Shown here one piece after another: positions 28,609-35,607 of a DNA stretch of 35,607 bases (position 1 is its first letter; each line of letters opens with the position of its first letter). The DNA comes from Synechococcus sp. (GTDB taxonomy: Bacteria; Cyanobacteriota; Cyanobacteriia; Thermostichales; PCC-7336), in assembly GCA_051439425.1 (NCBI GenBank), contig JBFRWD010000080.1:1-35607 (forward strand), written 5' to 3'. The position numbers and the translations under genes are program-made. The notes below the pieces were generated by a model. That model made no database searches. It was not told where the DNA came from and saw only the letters and a list, made by a program, of their open reading frames with translations.

Positions 28609-29538
28609 CTAATCCATCACCACCCAATCCCGCAACAACTGCTGCCGACGGGGATGCCGTAACTTCCGCATGGCCTTGGCCTGAATTTGTCGCACGCGTT
28701 CTCGCGACAGGCTGTACAAGTCACCAATTTCGGCCAACGTATGACTGCGTCCATCTTGTAGGCCGAAGCGCAAGCGAATAATGTCTCGCTCCCGAGATGT
28801 TAGATGACCCAGCACCTCATCCACTTGCTCGGAGAGAAGTTGTAAGTCGATGCGATCATCCGGAACTAGCTCGTCAGCATCTTCGATTAGCTGCAGTAGC
28901 TCGGTATCTTCCTCTTTGCCCACTTTGGTGTGCAACGATAGTGTCCGCCGTCCGGCATCCATCACCGCATCTAGCTTCTCTGGGGTCAGCTCCAGAGCTT
29001 CAGCAATCTCCTCTTTAGTCGGTCGCCGACCTAGCTCTTGAGCGAGTTCTCGACGAGCTTTCTTCACTTGGTTCAGCTTTTCAACCATGTGAACTGGCAG
29101 CCGCACCGTACGAGACTGGCTGGCGATCGCCCGAGTGATCCCCTGGCGAATCCACCAATAGGCATAAGTCGAAAACTTATAGCCACGCTCGTAATCGAAC
29201 TTCTCGGCAGCACGCATCAGGCCAATGGAGCCTTCCTGAATCAGATCGAGAAAGGGCACACCGCGATTGAGATATTTCTTGGCGATCGATACCACCAGTC
29301 GCAAATTTGCTCGCACCAACTTGCGCTTCGCTCGCTCTCCTTCCGGGCCTCCCGCCACAATAATGCGCGCTAGCTCTACCTCCTGACTGGCGGTTAAGAG
29401 CGGGTAGCGAGCCATCTCTCGTAAGAAGACCCCGATTGAATCCTGCTGAGAGCGTGCTTGCCGAGTCTTTGGATCGGAAACTGTGACCCGAACCCGGTCG
29501 CTGGAATGGGATGTAGAACTCTGAGCAGAAACTGTCAT
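28609..29538 (-). CDS. sigE: Group 2 sigma-70 factor, SigE-like
   Basis: [52 protein letters not shown]; no region 1.1. The region 1.2 sequence G.F.(R/K)EMARYPLL and the NtcA promoter fit SigE (orthology tentative). Confidence 0.75.
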   Translation of the reverse strand: MTVSAQSSTSHSSDRVRVTVSDPKTRQARSQQDSIGVFLREMARYPLLTASQEVELARIIVAGGPEGERAKRKLVRANLRLVVSIAKKYLNRGVPFLDLIQEGSIGLMRAAEKFDYERGYKFSTYAYWWIRQGITRAIASQSRTVRLPVHMVEKLNQVKKARRELAQELGRRPTKEEIAEALELTPEKLDAVMDAGRRTLSLHTKVGKEEDTELLQLIEDADELVPDDRIDLQLLSEQVDEVLGHLTSRERDIIRLRFGLQDGRSHTLAEIGDLYSLSRERVRQIQAKAMRKLRHPRRQQLLRDWVVMD

Positions 29539-29688
29539 ATTGAAACCCCGAATATTCGACGAGCGCAGGAGAGCTAACGAAATAACGCTAAAAAATGACT
29601 CAAACCCTGCAGTCTAAGGGAACAAATCTTGTAGAGGATAGACCCTTTGAAATAGGCAGAAGTAAAATAGTTCCTCTACTTGAACCTC

Positions 29689-29731
29689 ATCCTAAACCTA
29701 CGGTTCAAAGATTGTTGTAAAAGGTATTACA
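29689..29731 (-). promoter_or_regulatory. Canonical NtcA-activated promoter for the sigma factor gene
   Basis: TGTA-N8-TACA at 29716-29731, followed on the minus strand exactly 22 nt after the GTA-N8-TAC core by the -10 box TAGGAT (29694-29689, TAN3T). Confidence 0.8.
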
Positions 29732-30321
29732 TCCTGTGAACCGAAATCTTTGATGGAGTAGGAATTAAAGATTTGCTTTAAGTTGACACTGCCAATCTCG
29801 CAAAGAAAAGTAAAGTAACGGTTGCCATTGCTCCACCTTGGTCCGAAAGGTCTGGAAAATCTGACGAAAAATATCCCAATCGTACGGAAAAAATTGGTGT
29901 TAAATGTAACCCAAAAAGTGTTCTACAGAACACCCATTCAATGGGTATTTAATAGTTATTCAATCGCCAAATTTCCAGGTATTGCTTATGACATGAAGCC
30001 TGTGGCGATCTACAAGAGAAATCGGACCCCGCGAAGCAATCCCATCAAACGCTCGCGTCTTTCGCTGCAAAACTGACATAGCCTTTTGGCACACCCCCAA
30101 AATAGCTCTGACACAAAAGGCCACACATGCTGTACTTTTCGGCAAGCAAGGCCGCGTAGTCAAGAAGAGGGATGTACTGCGAATCCTCCAGCCGTTTCGC
30201 CCGCAACACTGAGTTCGCTCGAACTAGGCGAGTTCCTCACTCACTCGAAGATTCATTAAACGGAATATCGCTGTGTGGTGGAATATAGCAAACCCAACCA
30301 ACCATTACCTTTGACCGTGGC

Positions 30322-30906
30322 CTAAGTCGCTTGAGAAGAGTTCTTTCCTTCAGGGGGAATGAACTCCAAAGTCTGCCCCATCAAAACCATTGTGGTGCTG
30401 GAATTTTCTTCAAAGCCAATCCGTTTGTAAAAGTCCTGCTGATAGGTTGTGAACAGATAGACACGCTCTACCCGCTGCATGTCGGGGTGAGCAATCAGAG
30501 TTTCCACAAGCTTGCGACCCAGCCCTTGCTTGCGATAATCGTCATCAATAACCACATCCCACAACACGGCCCGATAGACGCCATCTGAGGTGGCACGGGC
30601 AAATCCTATCAGTCGTTCTCCATCCCACACGGTAACCACTGGATGGCTGTGGGCAACGGCCCGCTCCAAATCTTCCCGAGAACGATCGCTGGCCCAAAAC
30701 GCATTACGGCGAAACAGCTCCAGTAACTGGTCAAAATCTACGTCTGAGGCATCTAGGGAAAACTGGATGCGGCGATTATCGGGTTGCGACTGTTCTGAAT
30801 AGCGATCTCTGCTGGTTGGCGTAATCTCGGGATTGAGGAGATCGTGCTTGCGATCTCGCCCATTACTCAGAGCTTGCTGCGAACTGGGATCGAACTCCTG
30901 AACCAC
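30322..30906 (-). CDS. GNAT family N-acetyltransferase
   Basis: AFWA..RS, LIGFARATSDG.YRA..WDVVI, YRKQGLGRKL, FYKRIGF. Confidence 0.9.
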   Translation of the reverse strand: MVQEFDPSSQQALSNGRDRKHDLLNPEITPTSRDRYSEQSQPDNRRIQFSLDASDVDFDQLLELFRRNAFWASDRSREDLERAVAHSHPVVTVWDGERLIGFARATSDGVYRAVLWDVVIDDDYRKQGLGRKLVETLIAHPDMQRVERVYLFTTYQQDFYKRIGFEENSSTTMVLMGQTLEFIPPEGKNSSQAT

Positions 30907-31178
30907 TCGGTGCCTACTTACGTCTTGCGCGCACTTGTGTAAGAGCCATCTACAGTGTTACCCAATAGCTAGAAGACTGCTTGACGGCTGAGCTCTTAGA
31001 CTAGCAGGTCCTTAGGGTTTGGTATAGGTGTTGAGAGATAATTTTTTCAGACTGGCTCGGGCCTTTGTGTTCCTTACAACCAGGTCTTGCAGCCAGTCTG
31101 GGGTCACGGTTACTCAGACTGGCGCAGGCACGGGCAATCTTGGGGTCAAATACTGCAGCCAGCCAGGTTATACGACTT

Positions 31179-31634
31179 CTAGCTAACCTCGACCGAGCGG
31201 GGGTGGGTGGCGATATAGGTTTTAAATCGTTCTAAATCCGCTTGAATTGTGGACTCGACTACACGGCCCACGAACAAGCTGCTCATCAGGCTAGCCAGCC
31301 AACTCGGGACACCATAGGCCACCGTTAATCGCACAATCGTGCCTTCTTCCTTGCGATCGTAAAACCGCAGCGTACCGCGATTGGATAAGCCGCTGACCGA
31401 TTCCCACTCAATCCGTTGGTGTTCGATAGTGGTGTGGGTGTGCGAAGTCCAAGAAAACGAAAATCCTCGACTGTCCAGCTCCCATTGGGAGAGGTTGTCA
31501 TCCAGCATCGTCACCGACCGGATCCATTTCATCCACTGAGGCAGCAATTCTAGATTCACCCACAGCGCCCATACGCGATCGATGGGTTCGGGAACTAGGA
31601 TCTGGCAGGTGTGTTCAAGCCAGGTTTCGGCCAT
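31179..31634 (-). CDS. SRPBCC (polyketide cyclase/dehydrase) family protein
   Basis: WLEH, P.WMKWI.SV, I.WESV.GL.NRG.LRFYDR, VEST.QADLERF. Confidence 0.88.
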   Translation of the reverse strand: MAETWLEHTCQILVPEPIDRVWALWVNLELLPQWMKWIRSVTMLDDNLSQWELDSRGFSFSWTSHTHTTIEHQRIEWESVSGLSNRGTLRFYDRKEEGTIVRLTVAYGVPSWLASLMSSLFVGRVVESTIQADLERFKTYIATHPRSVEVS

Positions 31635-31970
31635 GCAACCAATGTAAAAAATACTTCAGCCCTACTTTAGACGATTTTTTTGCTCTAAATGGCGATCTCC
31701 AGTTCAGCCCAAGCTTCCGCCCAGCCCTTTTCATCACCGTTTAACTAAATGCGTATTGCTCCAAAAAGTCACAACTGACAAGCTCAACTTGTCTGACGCC
31801 AGGTGAAAAATTGTATCGAGACATTGTGTATCGCGGGTAATGCTTGCGGGAATGGGGCCGCGTCGCTTTACCCTTTTAAGTGTTTCTCATCGGATATCGA
31901 ACTCATCAGGGGCGACCGAGTCACCGGGATCGATTTGCAGAGGTTTGTTCGTAGAGGTTTGTGGTGAGCT

Positions 31971-34900
31971 ATGGCGAAGCTGCAATGGCTGGCTAAAGAG
32001 AAGAAAACGCTATGGCAGAGATGGCTGCATCGAGGACAGAGAGTTGCAATAGCACTGATATTGACCGTGGCGATCGGGTTGTCCGGCTGCGGCCAATCAT
32101 CTGAGGTGTCCGCCCCGGAGTCCGTTACATCTGTAGGCTCGGTGGCCACAGCTCCCATCCCAACCGAAATCGCCAAGCTCGATCGCTACATGGAGTCTTA
32201 CCGGCCAAAGGTGACGATCGTCAGCCCCAAAGCCGACGAAGTCTTGCAAGACACCCAAATCTCCGTGCGATTTAACGTGCAGGACTACCCTCTGTTTAAA
32301 GACGAAGAGCTGGGCCTTGGACCCAATTTGCATGTCATTCTCGACAACAAACCCTACATCACTCACTACGACGCCAACCGTCCCCTGCTCTTCACCGATC
32401 TAGAGCCCGGAACCCACACACTGCGGGTATTTGCAGCCCGCCCCTGGCACGAGAGTTTCAAAAACCGAGAAGCCTACGCTCAGACCACATTCCATGTCTT
32501 CACAAAAACTGAGGAGTACGCTCCGCAAGATCGATTGCCGGTACTGACCTACAGCAGCCCATCCGAGAGTTACGGAGCTGAACCCATTCTGCTGGACGTA
32601 TGGCTGGCCAACGCCCCCATCCGCGAATCCCTCGTGCCCGATGTTCCCAAAGATTGGCGCATTCGCTACACCCTCAACGGCAAGCGCAGCACCCTCGATC
32701 GCTGGCAACCGATCTACCTGACGGGGCTGAAATCCGGGCGCAATATTGTGTCGGTGGAACTGGTAGATGGCGACGGTCAACCCATTCGTAATGTTTTCAA
32801 CAGCGCCGCTCGTGCAATCGAGTACCATCCTGGCGGCACCGATACACTGTCTAAATTAGTCAGAGGGGTTTTAAAAGCGGAAGACGTTCTGGCAATTGTG
32901 GGGGCAACTCCCGAACTCGAACCGGAACCGGAACTCGAACCTGAATTTACCAAGCCGGCCCCTACCGAGCCGGTAGAAACTGAGCCAATCGTTGCCGAAC
33001 CCGAACAAACGTCTACCATCCCTGACGAAGAAGAAACACAGGTAGAAGAGAGAGAGAGAGAAGAACCGCCAGAGGAGGCTAAATCTGTTAACGAACCAGA
33101 GGTAGAGGAGATCGAGGCAGATTCAGAATTTGAAGCGGATGAAGCACTGAAGGAAATAGACGAGCAAGAACCGGTTGCCCCAACTGCAACAGCTCCCGCA
33201 GTGGACGTGGAGATCGAACCACAGGCACCTGTTGAAGATACAGAGATTGAAGAAAAACAGCTTGAAGCGAAAGATGAGCCGGTAGATTCCGAACAGGCAA
33301 GCGAACCTGACATCAGCGAGCCCGAGTCACCCAATGAATTCGATGAGGTGGACAGCTTAGAAGACATTAGTGAGCCGGCATCCTCCACTGTCGAACCCTT
33401 GACGTCCCCCAGCAGCTCTAGCGATCGCCCCACAAGCACTAACCAAGGAGCCCGAAGCTGGTGGCAGAAGCTACGCGGACAATCCGAGCAAGACAAAAAC
33501 TTGAAACTGGAAGCAGAGGAAAAACTCTCGGACGAAATCCCTCAACCCCTCGCTCCTACTGAAGCATCTACAGATAGCGAGAACGAGCTAGATAGCAATC
33601 CATCTGAATCAAGCGAATCAGAGGGAGATCGCCAATTTGACGACGCAGTAGATTTAGAAATTGCAGAACCTACCGATACGGTAATCCCCGAGGAACCAGC
33701 TGCTGAAGCAGAAGAAGAAGGTATCACTGAGGATGTGCTGGATTCAGACACACTCGATTCAGGCCCACTCGATTCAGGCACAACTGGAGTAGATGACAGC
33801 CTCGATGACACAGAAAATTTGCCAGAGGAATCAGTAACAGAAGCAGCGCCAGCGGCAACAACAGAGCGTCCGCTCAATTTCTGGCAGAAATTCCTGCGCG
33901 ATCGCCAACCCATCCCCGCCGATAATCAGGAGTTAATGCCAGAGGAGCCCGCTCGACTAGCAGCCCCAGAATTCAAGCCGGAAGAGGAAATTGAAGCCTC
34001 TATAAAAGAACTCGATAAGTCTGAAGAAACACTAGACACCAAAAGTACACCCGATGGTGAACGTACACCTGATAGCGAGAAGACACTAAATAACCCACCA
34101 GCCGGCCAACTACCATCTCAAGCATCTACCCAGCCAGAGCCAATCGACTCTGATGTCCCAGCAGACATTGAAGACTCTGAATCCAACGCAGAGCCGCGTA
34201 GTGCCTTAGAACGTGTCCAACAACAGCGCCAGCAAACGCCTTCTCCCAAGCTCATCCAAGAAGAATCCAAAGACTTCACGACACCTGCAGACCAAGACGA
34301 TGAGTCAGAGGTTGAAGACACTACGCCACCGATTGAAGAGCCGTCAACCCCAACCCAACTTGAAACCGAGCGCCCGCTGAACTTTCTGCAAAAGCTCCGG
34401 CAACAGCAGCGTCCAGCATCTCCTTCCAAAACTGAGCTGCCCAAAACCCTGACCGGTGATGAAGCGCAACTCACGACAGAAGACACAGAACAGAAGCCTG
34501 TCCAATCCGACACAACGTCCTTCGAAGATACTCCTGAGGCGACCGGCACCATTAAAACGGAGCGATCGGAACAACAGGGCAAAGACTCAGAACCCGCGAC
34601 TCAATCCGATCTCCCTAGCGGATTCCTGCAGCGACTCCAACGGCGCAGCCAACAATTCTTGCAACAATCACCCCAACCATCACAATTTGAAGAAGCCCCA
34701 GCGCCAGAAACGACGACTCAACCCCTAGATAACCAGCCCTCTCCTTCTGCGAAGCCCCCTACCGAACCATCTCCCGAAGCACCAGTCGAGGCCTCGCCCG
34801 AGTCACCCGAGGCAAGCCCCTACCCATTCTTGGAACAGCTCAAACGCGATCGCGAGGCACCGCCCACCTCATCTGGGCAAACCAGCACCACCACTCCTGA

Positions 34901-35195
34901 CACAACTACGCAGGACACAAGTACTAGCGATCGCCTTCCCGCCGACATCCAGCAGAATCCCCAAGCACCTACTTCACCCCCACGCCCTGAACCAAGTTCT
35001 CCTACTATCGAGCAACAATCGAGTCAGAAAACTTCAAGAAACTTCAATCCTTCTTTAGAAAAGGACTCCGTGCAACAGCCAGAAATAACTACAGTTAAAA
35101 AGCTCAGAACTCCCACGGGTACTGGGGGTAACAGCCTTCTGCCGCCCTCAATTTCCGACCAACCTCAACGGATTTCAATACCACCAAGGCTTTAG
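31971..35195 (+). CDS. Large putative lipoprotein: conserved N-terminal beta domains plus ~750-aa acidic disordered tail
   Basis: Lipobox GLSGC after a hydrophobic stretch; LGP.LHVILDN…PGTHTLRVFA.RPWHESFKN; E/P/S/T/Q-rich tail. Confidence 0.8.
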   Translation: MAKLQWLAKEKKTLWQRWLHRGQRVAIALILTVAIGLSGCGQSSEVSAPESVTSVGSVATAPIPTEIAKLDRYMESYRPKVTIVSPKADEVLQDTQISVRFNVQDYPLFKDEELGLGPNLHVILDNKPYITHYDANRPLLFTDLEPGTHTLRVFAARPWHESFKNREAYAQTTFHVFTKTEEYAPQDRLPVLTYSSPSESYGAEPILLDVWLANAPIRESLVPDVPKDWRIRYTLNGKRSTLDRWQPIYLTGLKSGRNIVSVELVDGDGQPIRNVFNSAARAIEYHPGGTDTLSKLVRGVLKAEDVLAIVGATPELEPEPELEPEFTKPAPTEPVETEPIVAEPEQTSTIPDEEETQVEEREREEPPEEAKSVNEPEVEEIEADSEFEADEALKEIDEQEPVAPTATAPAVDVEIEPQAPVEDTEIEEKQLEAKDEPVDSEQASEPDISEPESPNEFDEVDSLEDISEPASSTVEPLTSPSSSSDRPTSTNQGARSWWQKLRGQSEQDKNLKLEAEEKLSDEIPQPLAPTEASTDSENELDSNPSESSESEGDRQFDDAVDLEIAEPTDTVIPEEPAAEAEEEGITEDVLDSDTLDSGPLDSGTTGVDDSLDDTENLPEESVTEAAPAATTERPLNFWQKFLRDRQPIPADNQELMPEEPARLAAPEFKPEEEIEASIKELDKSEETLDTKSTPDGERTPDSEKTLNNPPAGQLPSQASTQPEPIDSDVPADIEDSESNAEPRSALERVQQQRQQTPSPKLIQEESKDFTTPADQDDESEVEDTTPPIEEPSTPTQLETERPLNFLQKLRQQQRPASPSKTELPKTLTGDEAQLTTEDTEQKPVQSDTTSFEDTPEATGTIKTERSEQQGKDSEPATQSDLPSGFLQRLQRRSQQFLQQSPQPSQFEEAPAPETTTQPLDNQPSPSAKPPTEPSPEAPVEASPESPEASPYPFLEQLKRDREAPPTSSGQTSTTTPDTTTQDTSTSDRLPADIQQNPQAPTSPPRPEPSSPTIEQQSSQKTSRNFNPSLEKDSVQQPEITTVKKLRTPTGTGGNSLLPPSISDQPQRISIPPRL

Positions 35196-35607
35196 ATTGT
35201 ATTGAGATTAGGCAAATAACCTTCTACAGTCCTTCTCGAATTCGGGAAGGACTTTCTTTAGGTTCCCTTCAGGGGCTCTACCCAGAATGAGCTAGCAGAC
35301 TTTCCTGCTTAACAATATTTTTAGAATTATTGATTAACCGTCAATCTTCGTTAGCCGAAGTATTTACATAACAGTGAGCGATCTCCGACAGCCTGACATA
35401 CAGCGCTTTTTGAGCCTTCTCTGGCCACCTGCCACTACCCGTAGTGGGCTACTGAAATGTCGCAATTTAACTTTTCTTACACAAAATTCTGAAAAAGTAC
35501 TAGCTAAAAAGCAGGAAAATGCTTTACGAAAAAGCCAAACATTGTTATTAATAAGGTGCTCTTCCGACAGTAGGTGGTGACATGGAAAGCACCGTTCAGC
35601 ATCAAGA

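Larger units (their letters stand above)
467..34935. repeat. Dispersed HIP1 octamer GCGATCGC (about 30 copies)
   Basis: Examples at 467, 3829, 5008, 5963, 14551, 14581 and 33421; approximate count by eye. HIP1 is a cyanobacterial hallmark. Confidence 0.9.

Noticed and set aside
31048..31123. CAGACTGGC inverted and direct 9-mers
   Set aside because: Short, with no MITE hallmarks or other copies seen.
32097..34728. Long antisense and alternate-frame ORFs over the lipoprotein (and similar ones over pepP, cysQ and S8)
   Set aside because: Shadow ORFs arising from low complexity and codon bias of the real genes.
35582..35607. Possible CDS start (MESTVQHQ…) at the right edge
   Set aside because: Only eight codons are visible, so it cannot be supported.

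Overview
Cyanobacterial chromosomal DNA, judged from about 30 HIP1 GCGATCGC sites counted by eye, plmA, ycf49, a cyanobacterial-type thyX and a SigE-like sigma factor with a canonical NtcA promoter. Most of 4.6-35.2 kb is ordinary core genes: plmA, a MalK/UgpC-type ABC ATPase, rhodanese, mutY (with an intact Nudix box), thyX, a C45 peptidase, ycf49, nitroreductase, DUF2237, DUF3386, two GNATs, a CofE-like protein, cysQ, bestrophin, pepP, a tRNA nucleotidyltransferase, an SRPBCC protein and a large acidic lipoprotein. Two accessory regions stand out. (1) A ~4.0-kb island at 631-4646 is bracketed by a 237-bp, ~97% identical direct repeat of the plmA 3' end. It holds a decayed IS1 left end and a three-gene module: a free-standing copy of a subtilase propeptide, an S8 protease with no signal peptide and a Trp-rich C-terminal domain, and a coupled acidic protein with repeated IDAG(S/P)P motifs. 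This module is the best candidate for an undescribed system (inhibitor/protease/substrate, by inference). (2) A membrane-anchored 42-aa-repeat TPR gene at 22654-24723 is broken by a GAA>TAA change at a hypervariable repeat codon, and local strand composition skew flips across it. All family calls come from motif recognition by eye; no searches were run.
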